From an uncultured Gemmatimonadales bacterium (lineage in GTDB: Bacteria > Gemmatimonadota > Gemmatimonadetes > Gemmatimonadales > GWC2-71-9), in assembly GCA_963771275.1 (NCBI GenBank), contig CAVYSW010000003.1:736001-800000 (forward strand): DNA of 64,000 bases, written 5' to 3'. Position 1 is the stretch's first letter, and every line of letters starts with the position of its first letter. The notes under the pieces were generated by a model that was not told the DNA's origin, ran no database searches, and worked only from the letters and a program-made list of their open reading frames with translations. Position numbers and translations under genes: made by a program. Below, in pieces: positions 32,782-41,399 of this stretch.

Positions 32782-33108
32782 TCAACGGATGACTCTGCCG
32801 GTGCGGCAGTCCACTTTGACGACCTCCTGGGTCACCTGGTTCTGGTAGTAGCCCACGTGGAACTGCTCCGAGGTGGTGCCTGTCACGCTGGCGTTGATGC
32901 CGCACGAGCCGCCTCCCGCCCCGAGCGTCCCGCTGGTCGTCTCGGTCACCAGCGACTGGGATTGTAGCTGGTACGGTTGGCCGGTCTGCCCGCCGACCGC
33001 GTCTGCCGGGCAGTCGCTCGGGTCCGCCAGGAGCGGGCCACCGCTCAGTGCGAAGAGTGCAATCAGAAACGTGCACGTCCTGATGAAGGTTCCGGTCTTC
33101 TTCAGCAT
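32782..33108 (-). CDS. Small Sec-secreted Ser/Thr/Gly-rich Cys-containing protein (candidate exported peptide/toxin)
   Basis: Strong RBS GGAGGG before ATG; signal peptide MLKK...FLIALFALSGGPLLA|D; 80-aa mature part with 3 Cys; lacks the Arg/Pro bias of GC shadow ORFs. Confidence 0.8.
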   Translation of the reverse strand: MLKKTGTFIRTCTFLIALFALSGGPLLADPSDCPADAVGGQTGQPYQLQSQSLVTETTSGTLGAGGGSCGINASVTGTTSEQFHVGYYQNQVTQEVVKVDCRTGRVIR

Positions 33109-33300
33109 CTATCCCTCCACGCGCCTTGAGCCGGCGCGAACAAGTGGTTCGAACCCGGCCGCGATCGTCGGGCCGGGGAGATACGATCGGGCCATCCGCC
33201 CGCACGGCCATAGGCGAAACGCGGCGGCCGGTGTCGTTTTCACGCCAAGCGAGCGGGCCTGCGACCTTCGGGGCGTCGGGTGCATCTTTCACCGGTGGGT

Positions 33301-33357
33301 TGGCCAATAGCCGATAGCCGACAGCGGTTTCGGTTTCACTCTTCACTTTTCACTCCA
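33301..33357 (+). repeat. Heptamer arrays (TRGCCGA)n plus (TTTCACT)n upstream of paralogue 6
   Basis: tggccaa tagccga tagccga cagcggt ... ttcact cttcact tttcact. Confidence 0.65.
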
Positions 33358-33365
33358 TTCCCACA

Positions 33366-34499
33366 ATGCGCTCACTCCTGACCACTCTCCTCGTCGCGGC
33401 GCTCAGTGCGGACGCCGCCGCGCAGACCCGACCGATCCCGCTCGGCAAGCCGGATGCAACGTTCCCGGAGCCGGTGAGCTCGCCCGTGGGATTCCGCGCC
33501 CTGAGCGACGGCCGCCTGCTCGTGGCCGACAACATCGAGTCGACCGTGTCGCTGCTCGACTTCCGGACCGGCCAGGCGACGGCCGTCGGCCGGCAGGGCG
33601 AAGGCCCAGGGGAGTTCGGCATGCCGGGGGCGCTCTATGCCGGCGCCGCCGACACCACGTACATGATGGACATGGGGAACCGGCGCCTGCTGGTGATCAC
33701 CGCGGACGGCACGATTAGCAGCAGCACGGTTCCCCTGTTCCATCAATCCGGCTGGCCGATCCTCCCCCGCGGCGTCGACGCCAAGGGACGGATCTATTTC
33801 GATCTGGGCGGCATCGCCATGCCGGGACTGAACGAGATGGTCACGTCCGGCCGGGCCCCGCTGATCCGCTGGGATCGCGCCGCCGGCCAAATGGACACCC
33901 TCGCCTACGTCCAGTTCCCGCCGCAGCCGGCGGCGGGGCCGGGACAGGTCCGCGTCTCGATCGGCGGTGGCGCCTACCAGCCGCGCGACGACTGGGCGGT
34001 GCAGCCGGACGGCCGGGTCGGGCTCGCGCGGGCGACGGCGTACCATGTCGAGTGGTACGGCACCGGAGCACCGGTGATCGGACCGCACGTCGACTACACG
34101 CCCGTCAAGATCGGCAGCGCGGAGAAGAACGCCTGGGCGGATCAGGCGGCGGCGCGCGGCCTCGCGGTCGAGATCGTGAACGGCCAGCGGCGCACGACTC
34201 GGCTCCCCCGCCCGAACGTCGATCAGCAGCAATGGCCCGAGGTGATGCCCCCGTTCACGGGCTCGCGAGCCGTCCTCGCCGCGCCGAGCGGGGAGCTGTG
34301 GGTCCGGCGGGCACAGCCCGCGGGCAGCAAGACGACCGTCTACGACGTGTTCGACGCCGCCGGCCGCCTCGCGCGGCAAGCCTCGCTGGACGGGGACCGC
34401 ACCGTGTTGGGCTTTGGGCCGGGAGCGGTATACGTGGCGCGGAGCGACGAAGACGATCTGATGTGGATCGAGCGGTATCGTTGGCCGGTTAGCCGTTAG
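33366..34499 (+). CDS. Secreted 6-bladed beta-propeller protein, paralogue 6
   Basis: Signal peptide ...AAAQ; VGRQGEGPGEF; YDVFDAAG; DEDDLMWIERYR. Confidence 0.8.
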   Translation: MRSLLTTLLVAALSADAAAQTRPIPLGKPDATFPEPVSSPVGFRALSDGRLLVADNIESTVSLLDFRTGQATAVGRQGEGPGEFGMPGALYAGAADTTYMMDMGNRRLLVITADGTISSSTVPLFHQSGWPILPRGVDAKGRIYFDLGGIAMPGLNEMVTSGRAPLIRWDRAAGQMDTLAYVQFPPQPAAGPGQVRVSIGGGAYQPRDDWAVQPDGRVGLARATAYHVEWYGTGAPVIGPHVDYTPVKIGSAEKNAWADQAAARGLAVEIVNGQRRTTRLPRPNVDQQQWPEVMPPFTGSRAVLAAPSGELWVRRAQPAGSKTTVYDVFDAAGRLARQASLDGDRTVLGFGPGAVYVARSDEDDLMWIERYRWPVSR

Positions 34500-34556
34500 C
34501 CGTTGGCCGTTGGCCGACGGTCGTTCCTTTTCACTTTTCACTTTTCACATTCACTC
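34489..34556 (+). repeat. Heptamer arrays (TTRGCCG)x4 plus (TTTTCAC)x3 upstream of paralogue 7
   Basis: ttagccg ttagccg ttggccg ttggccg ... ttttcac ttttcac ttttcac attcac. Confidence 0.75.
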
Positions 34557-34558
34557 AT

Positions 34559-35713
34559 ATGCGCACGATCCTGACCCCCCTCCTCCTGGCTGCGGCCGCT
34601 TCGTCGGTCTCGGCCCAGTCCGCCCCCACCGTCACGCTCTCGCGGAGCGACGCCCGGTTCGCCGAGCCGTTCAGCAGCCTCGTGGGAATCCGCGAGCTCG
34701 CCGACGGTCGCCTCGTCGTCTCGGACCGACTCGAGCAATCGGTGTCCGTGCTTGATTTCCGCACGGGCACGATGACGCCGCTCGGGCGCCAGGGCCAGGG
34801 TCCCGGCGAGTACACGATGCCGGGGGCGCTGTTCGCCTTTCCGGGCGACTCCACCATGCTGCTCGACCTGGGCAACATGCGCGGGATCATCGTGACCCCG
34901 GGCGGGACTATGGGGAAGACTATCGATCTCCAGAGCCCCGAGGGCCTGCCACTCATCCCGCGGGCCGCGGATGGCCGAGGTCGCCTGTACGCGCAGCCGG
35001 CGCTCATGCTGCGGGGGAACACGACGACCTCCGGGCCGGACTCGACGCCGCTGCTTCGCCTCACGCCGGCGACCAAGATGATCGACACGGTGGCGTGGCT
35101 CGCCAACTCGGGCATCGCGGGCGGTGGCGGCGCTTTTTCGTCTCGCAGCGGTGGAAGTGGAGGCGGCGGCCCCCGGAACATCAGCTTGCGCGCGCGCCCC
35201 TACTCGCCGGACGACGGCTGGGCCGTGACGCCCGACGGACGGATCGCCGTCGCGCGCGCGACCGGCTACCACGTCGAGTGGCTGGCGCCCGGCGGCCGGC
35301 GCACTTCAGGTCCGGCGCTCCCCTATGAGCCCGTGAAGATCGGCAAGGCGGAGAAGGAACAATGGGCCGACCAGCGGGCGAAGGGCAGCGTCATGATCAT
35401 GCGCACGCCCCAGGGCTCGCAGACGATGCGGGCGCCCAAGCCCAACATCGACGAGCAGGACTGGCCGGAGACCAAGCCGCCGTTCGAGGCGCAGGGCGTG
35501 CTCGCCACGCCCGAAGGCGAGATCTGGATCCGCGTCTCGCAGCCCGCGAATGCCAAAGCGGTGGTGTTCGACGTCGTGGACGCGTCAGGCCGGCTCGTGA
35601 AGCACGTCAGGTTGCCGGACGGACGGCGTCTCGTGGGCTTCGGCAAGGGCACGCTCTACGCCGTCCAGACGGACGCCGACGATCTGGAGTGGCTGGAGCG
35701 GTATCGCCGATAG
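34559..35713 (+). CDS. Secreted 6-bladed beta-propeller protein, paralogue 7 (tandem duplicate of paralogue 6)
   Basis: Signal peptide ...VSAQ; LGRQGQGPGEY; DADDLEWLERYR; colinear similarity to 33366-34499. Confidence 0.8.
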   Translation: MRTILTPLLLAAAASSVSAQSAPTVTLSRSDARFAEPFSSLVGIRELADGRLVVSDRLEQSVSVLDFRTGTMTPLGRQGQGPGEYTMPGALFAFPGDSTMLLDLGNMRGIIVTPGGTMGKTIDLQSPEGLPLIPRAADGRGRLYAQPALMLRGNTTTSGPDSTPLLRLTPATKMIDTVAWLANSGIAGGGGAFSSRSGGSGGGGPRNISLRARPYSPDDGWAVTPDGRIAVARATGYHVEWLAPGGRRTSGPALPYEPVKIGKAEKEQWADQRAKGSVMIMRTPQGSQTMRAPKPNIDEQDWPETKPPFEAQGVLATPEGEIWIRVSQPANAKAVVFDVVDASGRLVKHVRLPDGRRLVGFGKGTLYAVQTDADDLEWLERYRR

Positions 35714-35814
35714 CCGATGGCCGATAGCCGATGGCCGATGGCGCCATGACACATCGTGCTCCATGGCCGTCCATCCCTATCCCGATCGTATCGGCTATCG
35801 GCCATCGGCTATCG
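35708..35814. repeat. Perfect 25-bp inverted repeat built from TRGCCGA heptamers
   Basis: CGATAGCCGATGGCCGATAGCCGAT (35708-35732) and its exact reverse complement at 35790-35814. Confidence 0.85.
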
Positions 35815-35883
35815 CAGTTGCAACATTTCACGCCTCTCATGCGTCTAATCAAGTGAGGTCCGGAACACACGGGAGGCGCTGAG

Positions 35884-36120
35884 ATGGTCGTGCATGCTGC
35901 GGGACGCGGGATTCGGTTGCCGCGATTCTTGCCCGCCACGCGCCCCGTGCGTCCCGATCGCCGGCGGGTACCGCGGAACGATTTCATCCTGCGGGACTCC
36001 GTCGGGATCCTGCTCGGCGTCGTGACGGGTGTGCGGGGTGGCCTGCGGTTCGGCCCTCTGGCCCCGACGCTGTACCTCAGGCGGGTGACCTCGCTGCCGG
36101 GTGAACGACCCGTGATGTGA
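35884..36120 (+). CDS. Small hypothetical protein
   Basis: GGGAGG RBS upstream of ATG; fills an otherwise empty gap; no recognisable motif. Confidence 0.35.
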   Translation: MVVHAAGRGIRLPRFLPATRPVRPDRRRVPRNDFILRDSVGILLGVVTGVRGGLRFGPLAPTLYLRRVTSLPGERPVM

Positions 36121-36203
36121 TAGATCGAGCGCTGATGGCCGAGAGCCGATGCCGTCCGGATCGCGATAGCGCGACATTGCAAGGTCGCCCTCTCACGTAA
36201 CGT

Positions 36204-36240
36204 TCGGCCATCGGCGATCGGCCATCGGCCATTCGGCCCA
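36204..36240. repeat. Heptamer array (TCGGCCA)n at the end of a convergent gene
   Basis: tcggcca tcggcga tcggcca tcggcca ttcggccca. Confidence 0.65.
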
Positions 36241-37878
36241 TCAGAACCGCCAGGCCCCGCTCACCGTCACGAACCGGTACTGGTAGTTCCCCACGTCGGA
36301 CGCGAACAGCGCCATGCCGAGGGTGGAGTAGCCACCCACGACCGCGATCTCGCGTTCCGGCCCCACCGCATAGCGCAGCTCACCTTGAAGGCGCACGGCG
36401 GCACCAAAGCTGCCGCCGCCGATCTTCTGGAGTCCCGGCGCGACTTCCACCGCCGGGATGATCATATGGAACGCCCGCTGCCAGCGCGCAGGGGCCTCGA
36501 TCAGCACGTAGAGATCGGGATCGAAGTACCCGTCGCTCAGGTCCTTCTGGAACCCGAAGACCCGCGCCGCGGCGCCCACGGTGAAGTCGCGCACGATCCG
36601 CCGGCTCACGGCCGCCGCCCCGGCCGTCCGGTCGTTCGCCTCGCTGCCCGCGAACCGCGCCAGCGAGAAGGCGCCGTTCAAGGTCCACCCTCCCGGCGGC
36701 GCCGCGCGGAGGTCGAGAGCGAGCTGCCGGACCGTGACGCGATTCTGCACCAGCGGCGCCGTGCCGTCGATCGGGTCGTGCGTAAACGAGACGGTACCGA
36801 TGACCGGCTCGCGGGCGGGGCTCGACACCCGAAGCATGTAGCGCGTCACGGCGTCGGCCCCCGCGACGTCCGACGCGCTGGCACCCAGCCCCGCGCTGAA
36901 CCCCCACCCGGGCTCCGCCTGGGTCCAGACCTCCAGCAATCCCCCGTAGGCCTGGCGCGACAGCGGGGCGGCGCCGCCCAGCGACAACCAGCGGTAGTAG
37001 CCGCCGGCGCGGAGCTCCACGCGCGGGCCCGGTCGCCACGCCGAGCGCGCCGCCAGCGTGCTGATCCCGTTGCCGTCGTTGTCCGACTCGTAGCCGAAGC
37101 TCGACGCCGTGCGCGGGCGCAGGGCGAGCTCGGCCAGCCGGCGCTCGGTGCGCAGGTCCGGGTCGTTGGGCGCCGCCGGCGCCGCGCGACGGATGACGGC
37201 GAGCGCCGCCGCGTCGCGCCCCTCCCAGCGGAGCGTCTGCGCCAGCCCGATCGCCGCGGTGGTGAACGTCGAGTCGCGCGCCAGCAGCAGGCGCCAGCGA
37301 CGCTCGGCGTCCTTGAGGTGCCCCTGCCAGCCCCGCACGCGCGCCAGGCCCGCGAGCGCGTCCACATCCGTCGTGTCCTCCGCGAGGAGGCTGTCGTACA
37401 GCGCCGTCGCCTCACGGTACCGGCCCGACCAGGAGAGAAACAGCGCGCGTGCTTCCAGCGCCGGGGCGTACCGGGGCGCCCGCGCCAGCACCTCGTCCAG
37501 ATCGCGGAGCGCCTCGGGCAGGTGGCCCTGCCACGCGCGCACGCGCGCCCGGCCCACCGCCGCCTCCAGGTTGCCGGGCGCGATCCTGAGCAACCGATCG
37601 AACAGCCGCAGGCTCTGCTCGTACCGCCCCGCCCACCCCGCCATCAGGCCAAGGCGCTCCAGGGCCACCATGTCACCCGAGTCGGTGGCAAGACGCCGGC
37701 TGTAGAGCGTCCACGCGGACTGGGTGTCGCCGCGGTCCCAGGCGCGATCCGCGTCGTCCTGCGCGCGCGCCGGCCGCCCGGGTAGCAGCAGCGCGAGCAG
37801 GATGAGGCCGGGCCACACGATGTACCGAGCGCGGCGCCGCGCCGCGCCGGTCGGACGTGGTGTTGCGCCGCCCCTCAC
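36241..37878 (-). CDS. TPR-repeat protein with C-terminal outer-membrane beta-barrel
   Basis: Signal ...PARA|Q; repeated LARVRGWQG/LSWSGRY-type TPRs; alternating beta-strands, GYFDP motif, terminal WRF; GTGA overlap with the upstream gene. Confidence 0.7.
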   Translation of the reverse strand: MRGGATPRPTGAARRRARYIVWPGLILLALLLPGRPARAQDDADRAWDRGDTQSAWTLYSRRLATDSGDMVALERLGLMAGWAGRYEQSLRLFDRLLRIAPGNLEAAVGRARVRAWQGHLPEALRDLDEVLARAPRYAPALEARALFLSWSGRYREATALYDSLLAEDTTDVDALAGLARVRGWQGHLKDAERRWRLLLARDSTFTTAAIGLAQTLRWEGRDAAALAVIRRAAPAAPNDPDLRTERRLAELALRPRTASSFGYESDNDGNGISTLAARSAWRPGPRVELRAGGYYRWLSLGGAAPLSRQAYGGLLEVWTQAEPGWGFSAGLGASASDVAGADAVTRYMLRVSSPAREPVIGTVSFTHDPIDGTAPLVQNRVTVRQLALDLRAAPPGGWTLNGAFSLARFAGSEANDRTAGAAAVSRRIVRDFTVGAAARVFGFQKDLSDGYFDPDLYVLIEAPARWQRAFHMIIPAVEVAPGLQKIGGGSFGAAVRLQGELRYAVGPEREIAVVGGYSTLGMALFASDVGNYQYRFVTVSGAWRF

Positions 37879-38927
37879 TGCGGGATCTCCACCACGATTT
37901 TCCCCATGTGGTCGCCACCCGCGAGGCGCTCGAACGCGCCGATCGCGTCCGTCAACGAGAAGACCGAATCCACCAGCGGCCGTAGCGCGCCCCTGCCGAG
38001 CAGTACCACAATCGCGCGGTACTCCGCCGCGTTGCCCATGGTGGACCCGAGCAGATTCCACTGATACCAGAACATCCGCCGCAGATCGACCGCCACCGCG
38101 GGGCCCGTCGTGGCGCCGCAAGTGACGAGTCGCCCCCGGCGCGCGAGCATGCGAAGCGACTGCTCCCACGTCGCCGCGCCGACGCTGTCCACGATCACGT
38201 CCACACCGCGCCGTTCGGTGAGGCGCCGCACCTCTCCCGGCACGTCCACCCTGGCGTGGTTCAGCGTCACGTCGGCGCCGAGCGCGCGCGCCCGCTCGAG
38301 CTTGGCATCGCTCGACGAGGTCACGATCGCGAAGGCGCCCATCAGCTTGGCGATCTGGAGCGCCGCGCCGGAGACGCCGCCGCCGATCCCCCAGATGAAA
38401 ACGGTCTCGCCGGGCAAGAGCTTGGCCCGGGTCACGAGCATGCGCCAGGCGGTGAGGGTGACGAGCGAGTAGGCCGCGGCGTCGACGAACGTGACGGGGC
38501 CGGGCGCCGTGCGCTGCGGGATCGGCAGCACGTTCTGCTCGGGGACGACGATGTAGTCGGCGAGCGTGCCGTTGAGGTGCTCGCCGAGCAGCCGGTACTC
38601 CGGGCACAGCGAATGCTCGCCGGCGAGGCACGTGTCGCAGCGATAACAGGGAATCCCGGGATTGAGCATCACCGCGTCGCCGGGCGCGAGCCGGGTGACG
38701 TCCCGGCCGACCGCCTCCACCACGCCCGCCCCGTCGCCGCCCAGAATGTGCGGGAATTCGAGCGCGAGGCCCGGCAGCCCCCGGACGGTCCAGAGATCGA
38801 GGTGATTGAGCGCGGCCGCCTTGAGCCGCACGAGCACGTCGCCACCCCGCTGGATCGCCGGAGCGGGTCGGTCGGCGATCGCGAGCTGGGAGAAATCGCC
38901 GTGCCCGCGGAGCACCAGCGCTTTCAT
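37875..38927 (-). CDS. Zinc-binding MDR-family dehydrogenase / quinone oxidoreductase
   Basis: ALNHLD, PHILGGDGAG, structural Zn CYRCDTC...C, GIGGGVS, GKIVV. Confidence 0.9.
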   Translation of the reverse strand: MKALVLRGHGDFSQLAIADRPAPAIQRGGDVLVRLKAAALNHLDLWTVRGLPGLALEFPHILGGDGAGVVEAVGRDVTRLAPGDAVMLNPGIPCYRCDTCLAGEHSLCPEYRLLGEHLNGTLADYIVVPEQNVLPIPQRTAPGPVTFVDAAAYSLVTLTAWRMLVTRAKLLPGETVFIWGIGGGVSGAALQIAKLMGAFAIVTSSSDAKLERARALGADVTLNHARVDVPGEVRRLTERRGVDVIVDSVGAATWEQSLRMLARRGRLVTCGATTGPAVAVDLRRMFWYQWNLLGSTMGNAAEYRAIVVLLGRGALRPLVDSVFSLTDAIGAFERLAGGDHMGKIVVEIPQ

Positions 38928-38959
38928 GAGACCGGAGCCATGTCGCCGGGGACGGAGGC

Positions 38960-41197
38960 CTAGGGGTGGACCGGAAGGCGGAACGCCGGGCGCGACTGCT
39001 GCTCTGTCTCGCTCCGGGCGATGGCGATCGGCGGGCGGCCGTCGAGCGGGAACGCGACGAGCCGCGTCACCAGGCCGCCGCCCGTCCCGAAGGCGCTCAC
39101 CTCGAGCGCCAGCACGTCTCCTCCTCCGGAGATCGCGAAGTCCGTCACCGCGAGCTCCACCGGCGTGAGGACGACCGGCTCGCCGCCCGCCGCGGGCTGG
39201 CGCATGACCAGCGAGGCGATCCGTCCGCCTTCCCCGCGCTCCTGCAGGTAGGCGAGGTCGCCGTTCGGGAACCACGCCGCGCGCGTCTCCTTGAGCCGCG
39301 AGGCGTGCGCCCGCCGCGGATTGCCGCCGTCGGCATCCATCACGTAGATCTGATAATTGCCATCCCGCGTCGACGTGAACGCAATCGACCGTCCGTCGGG
39401 TGAGGGGGCCGGCTCGACGCTGGTGGCGTCGCCCGCCGTCAGCTGTCTCGGGGCGGACCCATCCGCATGCACGATCCAGATCTGGGAGCGCCCGCCGCCC
39501 GCCGGCGGCGCCGAATACGTGATCGCCCGGCCGTCGCGCGTGAAGCGCGGCGTGAGCTCCGTTTCCGGCGTGCTGGTGAGCCGGCGCGGGCCGGAGCCGT
39601 CCGCGTTCGCGACGTACAGGTCGAAGTGCCCGTCGGGATTGGCCACGTAGACGATGCTCGCGCCGTCGGGCGAGAACGACCCGTTGGTCTCGGTCGCCGG
39701 ATCGCGGGTCACCTGGCGCAGCCGCTCGGGCGCCTCGGGATCCACCGTCCACAGGTCGGCCGAGCCGCCGCGCGTGGACGTGAACAGCAGCCGTCCCTGG
39801 ACGAACACCACGGCCGTATCCGCCCGGCCCCACGGGGCGGCCACCACGATGTCCGCGCGACCGACACCCACGGCGGTCACGGTCCCCGCTTGGGTGACCT
39901 GCGCGACATCCGGGGCGAGGGACGCCCACGTGACGCCGGCGGCCGGCCCGAGGCTTTGTCCGGCATCGTCGACGAAATTCACGCTGAGCGGTAGCGTGTC
40001 GCCGACGCCGAGCCCGCCGCGATCCGGCGCGAGCGCCAGCCCTCCGGCCACGACGTTGATCTCCCAGCGAAGCTCCGGGCCGGGGGGCGCGCTGGCCACC
40101 ACAAGCTGGGTGCGCCCGACCGCAAGTCCCGTGAGCGTTCCGCTGGTGCGATCGAAGCCCGCGATCGTGGTATCCCGCACCGACCAGAACAGCGGCGCCT
40201 CGGGCACGGGAGTCGTGTCGGCCGCCAGGGCCCGCGCGGTGAAGCGCCGCGAGCCACTGACCGGCAACGTCACGATCGTGTCCGCCGGCGTCACCCCGAG
40301 CATGACGACGGGTCGGTGCACCGCCACCTGCAGCTCGCCCGTGCGACCGAGCCCCTCGGCCGTGATCACGGCGCTGCCCGGCGCGACCGCGCGCGCGACG
40401 CCGAGTGGCGTGACCCGCACGACCGACTCGTCGCTCGAGCGCCAGGTGAACGCCGTGTTGGACAACGCGCGGTTCCCCTGGGTCGGCACCACCACCGCGA
40501 TCGCGTGCTCCGTGCCCGGAGAGAGCGCCAGCATCGAGACCGCGAACCAGAACGGCACCGCCGCCACCTCGACGGAGGCGCGCGTCGCGAGCCCGGAGCC
40601 GGCGCGGAGCTCGATCACGCCGCTGCCCTCGCCCAGTCCAACCACGACGCCGGCGTCGTTCACGCTCACTACCGAGGGGGTGAGCGAGCTCCAGGTTACG
40701 GTGACGGGACTCGCCGCGCTCCCGTCCTCACGCAGGAACGCCACGTGCAGCTGGCGGGACTCGGCCGGCAGCAGCTGGACGTTGGCGGGCTCGATGCGCA
40801 GCACGGCGGGCGGGATCGCCGGGGGGGCCGGCTGGGGCGGCGGCGCGACCGGGGTCGCGGCTTCCACGTGCACTACCATGGACTCGGACTTGCCGGCCAC
40901 GCGCGCCGTCACCTGCGCCGCTCCCGGCCCGACGCCGATCAACGTCGCCAGATCGGACTGATCCTCGTCCGTCTCGACGCGCACGATGGTCGAGTCGTCG
41001 CTCGCCCACGCGAACTTCTGCTCGAGCAGAATGGCCCCGCTCGCGTCGTACGCCGTGGCGTAGACCTGCAAGCGCCCGCCCACTTTGACGTCGGCCCGGC
41101 GATGCGACAACTGCACGCTCGCCACTTGCGATGCCGCCGTGGACGCGGCACCGACCAGCAGCAGGACGGCAAGAGGCACGAATCGGCAGCGGACCAT
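38960..41197 (-). CDS. Secreted Ig-like (Big_2) repeat protein with C-terminal TolB-like (PD40) propeller
   Basis: Repeated W-x-S-x-D/T...V...G-x-V Ig units; FTSTRGG, FSPDG, PSPDGRSIAFTSTRDG. Confidence 0.8.
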   Translation of the reverse strand: MVRCRFVPLAVLLLVGAASTAASQVASVQLSHRRADVKVGGRLQVYATAYDASGAILLEQKFAWASDDSTIVRVETDEDQSDLATLIGVGPGAAQVTARVAGKSESMVVHVEAATPVAPPPQPAPPAIPPAVLRIEPANVQLLPAESRQLHVAFLREDGSAASPVTVTWSSLTPSVVSVNDAGVVVGLGEGSGVIELRAGSGLATRASVEVAAVPFWFAVSMLALSPGTEHAIAVVVPTQGNRALSNTAFTWRSSDESVVRVTPLGVARAVAPGSAVITAEGLGRTGELQVAVHRPVVMLGVTPADTIVTLPVSGSRRFTARALAADTTPVPEAPLFWSVRDTTIAGFDRTSGTLTGLAVGRTQLVVASAPPGPELRWEINVVAGGLALAPDRGGLGVGDTLPLSVNFVDDAGQSLGPAAGVTWASLAPDVAQVTQAGTVTAVGVGRADIVVAAPWGRADTAVVFVQGRLLFTSTRGGSADLWTVDPEAPERLRQVTRDPATETNGSFSPDGASIVYVANPDGHFDLYVANADGSGPRRLTSTPETELTPRFTRDGRAITYSAPPAGGGRSQIWIVHADGSAPRQLTAGDATSVEPAPSPDGRSIAFTSTRDGNYQIYVMDADGGNPRRAHASRLKETRAAWFPNGDLAYLQERGEGGRIASLVMRQPAAGGEPVVLTPVELAVTDFAISGGGDVLALEVSAFGTGGGLVTRLVAFPLDGRPPIAIARSETEQQSRPAFRLPVHP

Positions 41198-41399
41198 GTG
41201 CTCCCCGAGGCCCCGCCGGAGGGGGCCTAACTTCAAACGACATCTAGAGATACGTCGCGAACGTAGGCCCAGGATGCACCCCTGTCAAGCCGATTCGTCA
41301 CGGCCGGCGGCTCCGGCACTGGCGGCCGGCCACTTGCGAAGGCCCGAACGGGCCGCACACCTTTGGCGGCGATTCTCACGCGTCCCAACCGGAGGGAAG

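Noticed and set aside
32782..33108. Small Ser/Thr/Cys-rich ORF as a lanthipeptide or other RiPP precursor
   Set aside because: It has a Sec-type hydrophobic signal rather than a RiPP leader, and no LanB/C/M, YcaO or radical SAM enzyme is in the window.
32765..33346. 193-aa overlapping minus-strand ORF
   Set aside because: Arg/Pro-rich, begins within repeats and has no RBS; the nested 108-aa frame has an RBS and a signal peptide.
33301..36240. Short repeat arrays as a possible CRISPR
   Set aside because: Units are 7 bp in direct tandem with no unique spacers, and there are no cas genes.
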